Below are positions 28,575-38,672 of a stretch of DNA of 64,000 nt, piece by piece. Position numbers and translations under genes: made by a program. The notes under the pieces are model-generated. The model saw only the letters and a list, made by a program, of their open reading frames with translations, did no database searches and was not told where the DNA came from. The number at the start of each line of letters is the position of its first letter. The first letter of the stretch is position 1. Origin of the DNA: an uncultured Acidobacteriota bacterium (GTDB lineage: Bacteria > Acidobacteriota > UBA6911 > RPQK01 > JAPXNP01); assembly GCA_963823995.1 (NCBI GenBank), contig CAWGNQ010000005.1, positions 514,510 through 578,509 of the forward strand, read 5' to 3'.

Positions 28575-31070
28575 TCAGATGGGTCCAGGATCTTCTTTCG
28601 GAATCTCGACCGGGTCGACGTGCCAGATTCGTTCGTTGTACTCGCGGATGGTCCGGTCACTCGAGAACCGCCCGATCCGAGCAACGGTCCGAATCGACCT
28701 CCGGGTCCACTCCTCGGGATCCCGATACAGTCGAGCGACTTCATCCTGCTTCGCGATGTAGTCCTCATAGTCGGCCAGGACGCAGTAGAAATCCCGGTTG
28801 AGCAGTTCGTCGATCAGGCCCTCGAAAATGCCGGGCTCCTCCGGACAAAAGTAGCTGCTGCGGACCATGTCGACGACCTCTTGCAGATCCCCGTTCCGCT
28901 CGTAGTAGTCGCGCGGACGCAACCCGTGCTCGTGGGCCGACTCCACTTCGTCGGCGTTCATTCCGAAGATGAACATGTTCTCGCGGCCGACTTCCTCGAG
29001 AATCTCGACATTCGCTCCGTCGAGGGTTCCAATGGTCAGCGCGCCGTTTAGGGCGAACTTCATATTCCCCGTGCCCGATGCTTCGTACCCGGCCGTCGAG
29101 ATCTGTTCCGAGAGCTCCGTGGCCGGGATGATCTTCTCCGCCAGTGAGACCGAGTAGTTGGCCAGGAAAACGACGCGAAGCAGGCGATGAACCTCCGGCT
29201 CGACGTTGATCCGCTCGGCGACACTGTTGATCAGTTTGATCACCATTTTGGCGTCGTGATAGGCGGGCGCGGCCTTCCCAGCAAAGATCACGGTGCGGGG
29301 AAGGTGGTCACCGTCCGGATTTCGCCGGATCCGGTTGTAGAGGGTAATGACGTGAAGGATATTGAGCAGCTGGCGTTTGTACTGATGGAAGCGCTTGACC
29401 TGCGCGTCGAACAGTGAGTCCAGCCGGACCGAGATCCCGGCGGCCCGTTCGATATAGCGCTGAAGAAGCAGTTTCTGTGTCTGCTTCACGTTCCTCCAGC
29501 TTGCTCGGAATTCCTGATCCTCGACCTTCTCCTCGAGTCCGCGGAGTCGATCGAGATCGGTGACCCAGCTGCCGCCGATCGTCTCCGTAATGAAGCCTGC
29601 CAGCAGAGGATTGGCCACTTTGAGCCATCGACGAGGCGTGATTCCGTTGGTGACGGCCTGGATCTTGCCGGGGAAGATCTGGTCGAAGTGGAAGAAGAGG
29701 CGGCGGCGCAGGATCCGGGCGTGCAGTTTGGCGACGCCGTTCACGACAGCACTGGCGACGACGGCCAGGTTCGCCATACGCACCGATTTCACCGGTGACT
29801 CGCGAATGATCGAGACCTCGGCGACAACAGCGGGATCCTCGCTGTATTCGCGACGCACCTGTTCCAGGAATCGGTGGTTGATCTCATAGATGATCTCAAG
29901 ATGCCGGGGGAGCAGTTCTTCGAGCATGGCCACGGGCCACTCTTCGAGTGCTTCGGGAACCACGGTATGGTTGGTGTATCCGAAACAGCGGTGCGTGATC
30001 GACCAGGCGTCATCCCAGGCCAGTCGAAATTCGTCCATCAGCAGGCGCATCAACTCAGGGATGGCAATACTCGGATGCGTGTCGTTGAGCTGGATGAAGA
30101 CCCGGTCGGCGAATGCCTCGAAATCGTCGTGCTTCTCCAGGTAGCTGACGATAATATCCTGCAGCGATGCCGAGACGAAGAAATACTCCTGCCTGAGCCG
30201 GAGGATCTTTCCCTGCATCGACGAATCGTTCGGGTAGAGGACCTTGGAGATGTTCTCCGAGGCATTCTTGTCCTCGACAGCGGCGGGGTAGTTGCCTCGA
30301 TCGAACTCCCGGAAGCTGAACTCGTTGTCCGATTTGGCCTGCCAAAGCCGCAGATTGTTGACCGTGTTCGACTTGTATCCGGGAACCGGAACGTCCCAGG
30401 CGACAGCCTGGACATCCTCCGTGTCCTGCCAGAGGTAGTAGGTGTGTCCGTCGGAGGTGGTCTGGGTCTCCACGCGGCCGTTGAAGCGGATCCGGTAGCT
30501 CAGGTCGCGGCGCAGGGTCTCCCACGAATTGCCGTAGCTCAGCCAGTGATCGGGCTGCTCCACCTGGTAGCCGTCGCGGATCTCCTGTCGGAAGATGCCG
30601 TACTCATATCGGATTCCATAGCCGCAGGAAGGGATCCGCAGAGTCGCCAGCGAATCGAGAAAACAGGCCGCCAGCCGTCCCAGCCCCCCGTTGCCCAGAC
30701 CCATGTCGAACTCGAGCTCCATGATCTCCTCCAGGATCAGATCGTCCTGGCGGATGATGTCCCGGCACTGATCATAGAAATCCATATTGATCAGCGTGTT
30801 GGCCAGCAACCGGCCCATCAGGAATTCGAGAGAAAGATAATAGACGCGGCGCGCATCCCGCTCCCGATAAACGGCCTGGGTCCTCAGCCATCTTCGGACG
30901 AGGCGGTCTCGAACGGCCAGCGACAGGGCCTCGTAGAAGTCGTATTCCGTCGCCGTTTCCTTGGTCTTCGCGAGGCTGAACTCCATGTGCTCGGCAAACT
31001 GGTTGGTGAGCGAGAAGCCCGACTGACGCACGGAATCGGTGAAGAAGATGGAGGAATTGGCTTTCTGCAT
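28575..31070 (-). CDS. glgP: Glycogen/alpha-glucan phosphorylase (GT35)
   Basis: PLP-site signature EASGTGNMKFALNGALTIGTLDGANVEI. Full-length 831 aa with N-terminal allosteric region. Confidence 0.95.
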   Translation of the reverse strand: MQKANSSIFFTDSVRQSGFSLTNQFAEHMEFSLAKTKETATEYDFYEALSLAVRDRLVRRWLRTQAVYRERDARRVYYLSLEFLMGRLLANTLINMDFYDQCRDIIRQDDLILEEIMELEFDMGLGNGGLGRLAACFLDSLATLRIPSCGYGIRYEYGIFRQEIRDGYQVEQPDHWLSYGNSWETLRRDLSYRIRFNGRVETQTTSDGHTYYLWQDTEDVQAVAWDVPVPGYKSNTVNNLRLWQAKSDNEFSFREFDRGNYPAAVEDKNASENISKVLYPNDSSMQGKILRLRQEYFFVSASLQDIIVSYLEKHDDFEAFADRVFIQLNDTHPSIAIPELMRLLMDEFRLAWDDAWSITHRCFGYTNHTVVPEALEEWPVAMLEELLPRHLEIIYEINHRFLEQVRREYSEDPAVVAEVSIIRESPVKSVRMANLAVVASAVVNGVAKLHARILRRRLFFHFDQIFPGKIQAVTNGITPRRWLKVANPLLAGFITETIGGSWVTDLDRLRGLEEKVEDQEFRASWRNVKQTQKLLLQRYIERAAGISVRLDSLFDAQVKRFHQYKRQLLNILHVITLYNRIRRNPDGDHLPRTVIFAGKAAPAYHDAKMVIKLINSVAERINVEPEVHRLLRVVFLANYSVSLAEKIIPATELSEQISTAGYEASGTGNMKFALNGALTIGTLDGANVEILEEVGRENMFIFGMNADEVESAHEHGLRPRDYYERNGDLQEVVDMVRSSYFCPEEPGIFEGLIDELLNRDFYCVLADYEDYIAKQDEVARLYRDPEEWTRRSIRTVARIGRFSSDRTIREYNERIWHVDPVEIPKEDPGPI

Positions 31071-31099
31071 AGACCTACTAAGTGTATGCGAAGGCCCGC

Positions 31100-31171
31100 G
31101 AATTTTCGATTTCCGATTGTCGATTTGGCGGCGACGGAGCCCTTAATCGAAAATCGGCAATCAAAATCGAA
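31100..31171. promoter_or_regulatory. AT-rich imperfect inverted repeat (TCGA/TCGG-rich arms) in the glgP promoter region; candidate operator
   Basis: AATTTTCGATTTCCGATTGTCGATTT (31100-31125) and TAATCGAAAATCGGCAATCAAAATCGAAAG (31143-31171) are imperfect reverse complements. Followed by direct CTCGAAAC / CTCGAGA / CTCGACA repeats to 31210. Lies 30-100 bp upstream of the glgP start at 31070. Confidence 0.3.
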
Positions 31172-31222
31172 AGTCTACTCGAAACTCGAGACTCGAAACA
31201 CGTAACTCGACAAGCCAAAACC

Positions 31223-31690
31223 TCACTCCCCCAGCAGAGGATCGACGGCGTCGTTGAGCTGTTGCCGCGTGATCTCGCCGAACTGCCGGAACCTCAGTTT
31301 CCCCGACCGGTCGAAGACGAAGGTTGCCGGCAGCGTGCCCATCCAGGTCGGATCGATGGAGTTGACGAACTTCTCGAAGTCGTCGAAGCCCCGGATATAG
31401 GAGGGGAACTCCGCACCCTGCTTTTCGAGAAAGGCCTCCGCCTTGGCTGCATCTTCCGGCTCGTCCATGGAAATCGACAAGACGATGAGACCCTCATCGC
31501 GCTTCGCCCGATCGAGAGCGACGAGGTAGGGGAATTCTTCGCGGCACGGGCCGCACCAGGTTGCCCAGAAGTTCAGAACCACCACCTGACCCTCGTGGTC
31601 CTGGATCAGCCGGGGCAGACCGCTCTCGTTCACCGACGGCAGAGCGACTGCCGGCGTCAACATCAGCCAGGCAAGCGCCAGAATACTCAT
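31223..31690 (-). CDS. TlpA/ResA-like thiol-disulfide oxidoreductase (thioredoxin fold), secreted
   Basis: WCGPC active site. Signal peptide MSILALAWLMLTPAVALP. Alternative start at 31705. Confidence 0.8.
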   Translation of the reverse strand: MSILALAWLMLTPAVALPSVNESGLPRLIQDHEGQVVVLNFWATWCGPCREEFPYLVALDRAKRDEGLIVLSISMDEPEDAAKAEAFLEKQGAEFPSYIRGFDDFEKFVNSIDPTWMGTLPATFVFDRSGKLRFRQFGEITRQQLNDAVDPLLGE

Positions 31691-32283
31691 CGTTTGATCG
31701 TACATCCGAACATCTTGGTAATGGGGGTCTCGACAGCTTGTCCGGTGAGAAAGGCATCCAGGGCTGCGCTCAGTTCCTTGCCATTGGTCTTGGACGTGTT
31801 CGTGGTGGGCTGATGACTGTTTCCGAGAGCCCCGTGGTAGACAACGTTCCAGGATGAGGAAGGATCGAGGAGAAAGACCTCCGGCGTGACCATGGCGCCG
31901 AAGCGATCGGCCACCGTGCTGCCGTCGTCCTTCAGAACCGTGAAATCCAGACCATGCTGCTCGGCATGAGTTCGAACCTGTTCGAGCGGTTCGGTCTTGT
32001 TGGCATTGATCCCGAGAAAGACGACACCCTTAGATCCGTATTTCCGGGCCAGATCCGCCATGACGTGGTTGAACGCGTTCGAATAGGGACACTGCGTTGC
32101 GATGAAAATGACCGCCACGGCCCGGGCGTCACGGTAGTCGGACAAGGACACGGACTGCCCGGTGTGCACGTTCTTCAAGGTGAACTCCTGGGCCCGGTCG
32201 CCGACCGTGATTCCGTCCGGCGAGGCGGAACAAGCCAGCCCCAGGGTGCTGAAAATCGCAATAAAGAGAACAAACTTCCGCAT
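31687..32283 (-). CDS. Redoxin/AhpC-TSA family thioredoxin-like protein, secreted
   Basis: Redoxin-type CPYS motif in FIATQCPYSNAF. Signal peptide MRKFVLFIAIFSTLGLACSA. ATG at 32283 with GGAGG RBS. The ORF track extends it spuriously to 32883. Confidence 0.8.
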   Translation of the reverse strand: MRKFVLFIAIFSTLGLACSASPDGITVGDRAQEFTLKNVHTGQSVSLSDYRDARAVAVIFIATQCPYSNAFNHVMADLARKYGSKGVVFLGINANKTEPLEQVRTHAEQHGLDFTVLKDDGSTVADRFGAMVTPEVFLLDPSSSWNVVYHGALGNSHQPTTNTSKTNGKELSAALDAFLTGQAVETPITKMFGCTIKR

Positions 32284-32381
32284 AGAGAAACCTCCTCCCC
32301 GCCTAGATGAAGAACTCGCCGGAAGAGTTTCCACGATGTCTCGGCGAAGTTTGGTGTCCAACCGGGTGCCGGTGACAGACT

Positions 32382-32500
32382 GTCCCATCCCACTTGACCC
32401 CGTCCCATCCCACTTGGCCCCGTCCCATGCCACTTGGCCCCGTCCCATGCCACTTGGCCCCGTCCCACACGTCCCATACGTCCCATCCGTCTCAGGCTGT
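32382..32500. repeat. Tandem direct repeats: four copies of a 20-bp unit (GTCCCATSCCACTTGRCCCC) followed by three 9-bp GTCCCAYNC units
   Basis: Read directly. Units start at 32382, 32402, 32422 and 32442, then GTCCCACAC, GTCCCATAC, GTCCCATCC. The heptamer GTCCCAT occurs 9 times between 32380 and 32507. Lies 100-220 bp upstream of the redoxin start at 32283. Confidence 0.85.
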
Positions 32501-32642
32501 CCCATTGATTGGCAGGGCGAGTCTTCTTCTCCTTCTCCTTCACAGATCCCAGGTGCGGAACGCGAATAAGAGTCAGAGGTGCGGGAATCGTCCTGAGACC
32601 TGGGTATGGGACAGACTTGATCATGGTGGAGGCGCTGCGACT

Positions 32643-34046
32643 TCAACGCTGAGAAAGATGCTCCACCTTCTTCACGTAGGCCTGGATATCGCACTTGCGC
32701 TCGAGTCCACGGGCGTTCATGTACCGTACCTTCCCGAAAACCGGTCGTTCTTTCCAGGGGCGATCGTGCAGCCCGAAAATCCACGCTACGTTGGCATAGG
32801 AACTGGCGTCTCGCCCGTCCAGAAAATAGCGGTTGTTGAGAGAGAGCGTCGTGGAAAAGGCCTCGTCCGGCGATGCCGACCATTCCAGGATCTTCTTGCC
32901 CCAGTACATGCGCATGTAATTGTGCATGTAGCCGGTTGTCCGCATCTCCCGCATGGCGGCGTTCCAGTAGGGGTCATGCGTTTCCGCCGCTGCGAGCTGC
33001 TCCCGGTTGTAGACGTGGTTACGGCGATCTTCGCGGTGATCGCCCAGAGTCCGAGCCGCCCAGTCCGGCAGGCAGGAGTAATCGTCATATGCCGGTTGAT
33101 GTTCGACGAAATTCACGGCCAGCTCACGACGTACGATCACCTCTTCGAGGAAGACTTCGACATCATGCGGGGCTGCCGCCATCCGGCGTCGTGCTTCCAG
33201 CGCCAGATAGAGGGGCGAAATCTGACCAAAATGAAGGTAGGGGCTCATGGCGGAGACATGGTCCGTCTGTGGCTGGTTTCGGTTGGCAGCGTACCGGATC
33301 AACGAATCCGCCAAGAACCGGTCGAACCGCTGCTCGGCAGCCGTCGTCCCACCTGTCCAGGAATCTGAAACCGGCTCGACCGAGCGGTCGAGTTTCAGCT
33401 GAGACAGTATGGCATCGAGATTCGAGAGGTCTTCCCCTCGGATGCCCGGATCCACCGTTTGCCCAGCCCTTCGGCTGGAAGTGGAACCAGATAGTCTCCA
33501 ATACGCCGGTGAATCTTCGGCCGAATCGTGCGGGCGGCGTACTCGGATTTGTCGGAGACCACGTCCACCGGAACCACGACGTCGCTCTCGACCTGCACGA
33601 CCCGACAGCGGGCCTTCTCTGCGACGGTCCTCCGCCACGCAGTCTGAGGGCGCAGGTATCCTCGATCGCAGACCACCAGAGCGGCCTTCTGCGCCAGTTC
33701 GAGAGCCACGCGACTGGGATCACCGAAACGCAGCACCAGGGGGATTCCCCGACGGGCCAGGCGATCTTCCGTGTCCCGCAAACCCTCGAGCATGAATCGG
33801 TAGTGCCGGAGATTCGCCTCGGGATAGGACCCGGTCAGTCCGAATCCGACCAGCACGGGCAAGCGTCGAGAAATTGGCCTCGACAATGGCATACTCGAGA
33901 GCATGGTTGAAGACGGCCCGCTGCGATTGCTGCATCCAATACAGAACGTAGCGCCCGGACCTCTCGGGCGGATCGTTGAGCCGACGGATGCGTGCGGGTT
34001 GGATCGGGGCGCTCATCTTCGTGTCTCTCAGGTGCCGAGGTTTCAC
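32643..34046 (-). pseudogene. phr: Class II CPD photolyase (deoxyribodipyrimidine photolyase) disrupted by two frameshifts
   Basis: Three consecutive minus-strand ORFs in frames 2, 1, 2 (33720..34046, 33395..33904, 32643..33638) are collinear with class II photolyase. N-terminal [46 protein letters not shown] domain HVSAMSPYLHFGQISP ... HNYMRMYWGKKILEW. Frame switches near 33835-33850 and 33640-33690. Confidence 0.7.
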
Positions 34047-34131
34047 ATCCCAGGTTCCGGGGTCTCCGAACGTGAAACGTGAAACGTGGAACGTGGAACG
34101 CGGAACGTGGAACCTGAAACGTGGAACCCTT

Positions 34132-35565
34132 CTAAACCCCCACTCGAAATGTGCTCAGCGACTTCGCCGGGAGGTCGACCGTGAACGAGCCGGAGCCCGT
34201 CTCGAACCGGCGCCGGACGGGCTCGTCCGCCTCGTTGTAGTAGATCACGACCAGTTGCCCATCGGGATTCAGGAAGGACAGACAGTTCTCGTCGGTCTCC
34301 GACTGCAAGTAGCGGGCACCCGGCCTGACGAAGGCACTGAAGTGCTTCATGAGGTAGAACTCGGGATTATAGGAGACCTCTCCGTCCTCGCCGATCGTGA
34401 TCATGGAGTTCTGCTTCCAGCCCCACTGGCTCTTGCCGGTCTGGTCGAGCACCATGTTCCAGTACATATACGACTCGACACCGTTGTTGAAGTAGTGCTT
34501 CATCAGCGAGAAGGTGTGTTCCATCGCCTTCCAGTCGTTGGTTCCTCTTCCGCACTCGGTCTCGGTCTGCATGAGCTTCAACTGCGGATAGGTCTCGTGC
34601 ACATGGCCGATGACGCCTTTGCCTGCCCACTGGAACCCAACGCCGGTCACATACTCCGCGGCATCCTCGTCCCGCAGGACGGCATCGACGCGTTCCGGCT
34701 GCGGCCGTTCGATCGTTCCCAACCAGATTTCGGTGTTCAGCTGATCCTTTTCGAACCGGGGACCCAGGTACTGCCCGATGAAACGAGCCAGGCTTTCAGG
34801 GGTCCAGATGCAGGACGGAAAGTTCTGGCAGGAATTCGGCTCGTTCTGGACGTGGACCGCATAGATGTCGATCCCCTCGCCCCGGTAGGCTTGGACGAAC
34901 CGGGAAAAGTAGAGGGCATACGCCGACAGGGTCCGGTCGTCCATGACGAACTGATCCTGCATTTCCTTTCCCTGCTTGTCAGGAGAAAGATCATTGACCT
35001 TGTCATCCGCCCGGCAGGCATAGTGCTCGTTGACCTTCATCCAGGTGGGCGGACTCCAGGGAGACGCCCAGATCTCGAGGTCGGGATCGATCGCCAGTGC
35101 GGCCTTGATGTAGGGAATGAGCCGTTGCCGGTCGCGGTCGATGGAGAAATGCTCCATCGCGTAATCACCGGGCGTTTCGTCCAGGCTGTACCAGTCGACG
35201 GAATAGTCGTTGGCCCCCAACGGCATCCGGCAGATGTTGAACCTGCAACCGGTGTCGGGATTGAAGAGATTCCCCAGGATCTCCTCTCGCTTTTCCGCTG
35301 ACACCCGTTGCAGCGCCTCCCATCCCAGTTCGTTGAAGCAGCCGCCGAACCCGTCGACGGTCTGCAGAGTCCGGGTGGGATCGACGACGATAGCCCTTGC
35401 CGCTTCGGCGTCCGGCCGGACGCCGACCTCCGCGGTCCGGTCCTTCCAAAGCTCGGCATCCCGACTGATGATCCACTCTTCGACCACTGGACCGCTGGAC
35501 CGCGAACACGCAGCCAGCCCGACCACAGCCAGACTGATGAGAACTCCTGCCAATCGTTTCTTCAT
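34132..35565 (-). CDS. Glycoside hydrolase family 30 (glucosylceramidase/xylanase-like) lipoprotein
   Basis: [13 protein letters not shown] motif typical of GH30. Lipobox LAAC in [24 protein letters not shown] at 35565 with GGAG RBS. The upstream part of the ORF-track ORF (to 36189) is Arg-rich antisense. Confidence 0.85.
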   Translation of the reverse strand: MKKRLAGVLISLAVVGLAACSRSSGPVVEEWIISRDAELWKDRTAEVGVRPDAEAARAIVVDPTRTLQTVDGFGGCFNELGWEALQRVSAEKREEILGNLFNPDTGCRFNICRMPLGANDYSVDWYSLDETPGDYAMEHFSIDRDRQRLIPYIKAALAIDPDLEIWASPWSPPTWMKVNEHYACRADDKVNDLSPDKQGKEMQDQFVMDDRTLSAYALYFSRFVQAYRGEGIDIYAVHVQNEPNSCQNFPSCIWTPESLARFIGQYLGPRFEKDQLNTEIWLGTIERPQPERVDAVLRDEDAAEYVTGVGFQWAGKGVIGHVHETYPQLKLMQTETECGRGTNDWKAMEHTFSLMKHYFNNGVESYMYWNMVLDQTGKSQWGWKQNSMITIGEDGEVSYNPEFYLMKHFSAFVRPGARYLQSETDENCLSFLNPDGQLVVIYYNEADEPVRRRFETGSGSFTVDLPAKSLSTFRVGV

Positions 35566-35720
35566 GTACTTGACTCCGCCCTTCGAACCGATGATGTGTC
35601 GGGTTAAAGCTCTGGGATGTCCGCGCTGAGAGGGATGGGTCTCTTCATGATTCATCTCCCCCGTGTTGCTGATTCTACCGACCAGTGAAGAGATGCGAAA
35701 GGCCGAGTGAAGGGGCTCGC

Positions 35721-36956
35721 CTACCCGACGGCATTCAGTCCCAGGGCCCGGATGTAGTCCCGATTGACCGTACCGTTTTCCAGCAGGATGTTCTTCAGCA
35801 GCCCGTCGAACGCCCGAGCGGCCAGATCGAGCGGTGGACGGGCTTCCTGGAGGGCCTTGTAACCCCGGGCCTCCCGGTTGGCGAAGCTGACGATCTGATC
35901 CCAGCCCTCGGGCGGTGCGAAGGAGACGACGCCCCGGGTCGAATCCATCTTCTTGTAGGGCCAGAACGACCAGCCGATGTCCTCTTTCTCCAGCAACTCG
36001 CGGAACCAGCGGATCCAGTCGTTGTCGTTCTCTCCCGACTCCGACATGTAGATCGGAACGTCGTATCGCTTTCTGAAGTCGAGATAGCTCTGGATGACGG
36101 CCGGGTCCTGCTCGGTCCAGTAGCGGTGGAAGGCGTAGACGAGTTTGTCGTCGAAGGGCCGGCCGAAGACGCTGAAGTCGGTATTCCACTGGGCGCCGCC
36201 CAGGATGATAATGTGGTTCGGATCGACTTCCCGGATGGCGGCCGTCATCCGCTTGTACAGCGGCTCCAGCTTCGAATCGAGCTCACGGTAGGCGTCGAAG
36301 TTCGGAATCGGCTCGTTTAGCAGTTCATAGCCGAGGACCGCCGGCTCGTCTCGGTAACGCTCCGCCAGCTTCCTCCAGACCTCAATGGCCCGCTTTTGGC
36401 TACGCTCGCTGGTGAAGAGAAACGGGTAGCCCCAGCCGTTGTCGATGTTCTCTCCGGTCTGCCCACCCGGAGCGCCGTGCATGTCGAGGACGACCCAGAG
36501 GCCAGCCTCCCGGCACCAGTCGACGAGCCGATCGATCCGCTTGAAGCCCTCCTCCAGCCAGATCTCGAGATGCGCCTCCGGGGAAAGGATCCGGTAGTCG
36601 ATCGCCGGACGTACGGAGTTGAAGCCGACGCTTTTCAAAAGACGGATGTCGACCTGGGTGACATACTCATCCCGGAAACGGCGCCAGAACTCGACGGCGT
36701 CTTCGGGACCGATGAGCTCATTGACGACGGCTTCGATCATTCGCGGAGAAGCGGCCCGGTTGAATTTCCACATGTACCCCTCGGGCAGCAGCCAGTCGCC
36801 GAGACCGATCCCCTTCAGGATCAGCTCCTTCCCGTCAGGGGTGACGATCCGTGAGCCGCGGACCGAAACAAACCCTTCGGGCGCCGCTGTCACCCTGGAG
36901 ACCGCAGCACCGGCAGACACAGCAACAGTAGAGGCAAGAAAGCGACGTCTGTTCAT
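35721..36956 (-). CDS. Glycoside hydrolase family 5 (cellulase-like) with TAT signal peptide
   Basis: Catalytic LNEP motif. TAT motif MNRRRFLASTVAVSAGAAV. ATG at 36956. The upstream ORF-track extension (to 37172) is translation of the 8-bp repeat array (PVLPSS repeats). Confidence 0.85.
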   Translation of the reverse strand: MNRRRFLASTVAVSAGAAVSRVTAAPEGFVSVRGSRIVTPDGKELILKGIGLGDWLLPEGYMWKFNRAASPRMIEAVVNELIGPEDAVEFWRRFRDEYVTQVDIRLLKSVGFNSVRPAIDYRILSPEAHLEIWLEEGFKRIDRLVDWCREAGLWVVLDMHGAPGGQTGENIDNGWGYPFLFTSERSQKRAIEVWRKLAERYRDEPAVLGYELLNEPIPNFDAYRELDSKLEPLYKRMTAAIREVDPNHIIILGGAQWNTDFSVFGRPFDDKLVYAFHRYWTEQDPAVIQSYLDFRKRYDVPIYMSESGENDNDWIRWFRELLEKEDIGWSFWPYKKMDSTRGVVSFAPPEGWDQIVSFANREARGYKALQEARPPLDLAARAFDGLLKNILLENGTVNRDYIRALGLNAVG

Positions 36957-37046
36957 GGGGGCAATTCTGGCGGACCCGAGCCTCGGGGGCAAGCGGCTTT
37001 CCTCGTAAGCGGCGACAGCGGGGGCCACCTCGCTGCTACTGCGCGG

Positions 37047-37170
37047 GTGAGAGGACGGGAGTACCGGAGAACGGGAGAACGGGAGTACGAGAGAACCGGA
37101 GAGCGGGAGAACCGGAGGACGGGAGGACCGGAGGACGGGGAGGACCGGAGAACGGGAGGACGGGTGGGAC
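37047..37170. repeat. 8-bp tandem repeat array, (CGGGAGAA)n, about 15 degenerate copies
   Basis: Read directly: cgggagta ccggagaa cgggagaa cgggagta cgagagaa ccggagag cgggagaa ccggagga cgggagga ... 90-210 bp upstream of the GH5 start (minus strand). Confidence 0.85.
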
Positions 37171-37559
37171 ATCTTGGCTATTTGGTGTCCCGACGGAAGT
37201 CGGGCAAGTTCGGCGATTCGGGTGCCCCGGCAGGGGCACGATTCTTCCAGCCGGGGGTCAAGCGCAGCGCGACCCCTGGGTTGAGGCCCGAGAAGAAATC
37301 AGGGCGTCCCGGAAGGGACGCGATCGGCGGCCGGGGGCGTCATTCGTGCCCTTGCCCCTCGCACTCGGCACCTTCGTGTTCAAAGGTGAGAGAGAACCCG
37401 ATGATCCGCGGTAGCGCGATTCGGCCCGCTGCAGCGGCGGAGAACCTAACCTCCAGAAAGTCCCTTCGGCCTGCAGGCCGCCTGAATTGGGCGAGCGCAG
37501 CATCCGTAATCGGAACCAAGCTTGCTTGCCGACGTATCTCAAGGTATTTTATGTGTCTA

Positions 37560-38460
37560 GCCGATACTTGTGGGACGACTCATTCCCTTGAGGAGGTTTG
37601 ATGATGACTTTCCTTCCGCTGCTTGCCCGACCTTCGTGAAGCCGTAGGTCCCGAGGATTCTCCCCCCGGTGGGACAGCAGTCAGCATCCCCTCGCTCGCC
37701 TACCAGGAAGATGAAACTCGCTTTGTCCTCTTCGAAGGTGTAGGTGAGATCGACGGCCGCCGAGTATCGGTACCTGTCCGTGGCTGGAAGATCGGACGTG
37801 ATCTTTTCTCTGGAATAGACGGATCCCACAACGAACTTCGTGCTCGCTGTCGTTTCAGCGGCCTCTGCCGATCGGGAAACTTCGCGGACGCTCGGGACGC
37901 CTTCATTCCGGCCCGGATGGGAGCGATGAACTTCCACCTTGGCGATTCTTTTACTATCTGGGGCTGATCACGGTCGTATGGTCTCTGTTGACGTGGATCT
38001 CCTACCTTGCAGTGCGATGGGTCATTCGGGGATTTCAGCAGTGGTATCGGTTCGGCTTTTCGGGCTATCCGCCCTGTATCGCCGTAGGGGAGGTAGGGGT
38101 AGGTTTCCATGAGTCGTCCGCTCACGTTCAACCGCGCCGTGATCGTGCCGAAGTGGTTCGTCGCAAAGAGCCTGGTCATGCCGCCGCCGTATTCGACGAG
38201 CTTAGCCCCCGAGATCCTCTGCGCGTACAAATGCAGGGTCCGAGACGCCAAGGGCGTCGCCTCATCCGAGAGCTTTGGGCAACGCCCAAAGCAAGGCTTT
38301 CTTTACCGTGCCGTTCCGCAGGCTCCGGGTGTCGATCATGGAAAAGTGGTATCAACACACGACAGTCGGGAAAGCCGACGATGAATCTACTCTTTTCGCG
38401 ACTGACACCAACCTGACTCATGTCTTGTCTACGGCCCAGCCTGGGACTACCATAACCTCC
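37560..38460 (-). other. Lower-GC region with fragmented minus-strand ORFs resembling a degraded beta-barrel outer-membrane protein gene
   Basis: Two minus frames carry beta-strand-like segments (YAQRISGAKLVEYGGGMTRLFATNHFGTITARLNVSG and TDRYRYSAAVDLTYTFEEDKASFIFLVGERGD). They are not joined in one frame. No confident family. Also contains a strong RBS plus ATGATG 12-codon mini-ORF at 37601 on the + strand. Confidence 0.25.
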
Positions 38461-38672
38461 TGACGGGCAAGGAGTTCATGAACTCCGCGGCTACCAGGAT
38501 CAATCGCAAAAAGGAAGCAAGCAACAAAAGGAGCGGGTCGTCATCCTGCGCCTGACCGAGACGTTTCCCGATTTTCTGGAGGTGCTTCCCCGGGCTCTGA
38601 GGGAGGATCTCAGGAGAGTCTAAGGCTCGCAAAGTCACATTGAGTTGTTCCTGTCGCCGTTGGGAGAGAGCG

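Noticed and set aside
32162-32624. ORFs encoding GRMGRVGRGQVAWDGAKW-type repeats
   Set aside because: Produced by translating the GTCCCAT tandem DNA repeats. No start context.
33976-35301. 441-aa plus ORF
   Set aside because: Antisense of the GH30 gene.
35721-37172. N-terminal 72 codons of the GH5 ORF-track ORF (SPVLPVLRSSRPPVLP...)
   Set aside because: Translation of the (GTTCTCCC)n microsatellite. The real protein starts at the TAT signal (ATG 36956).
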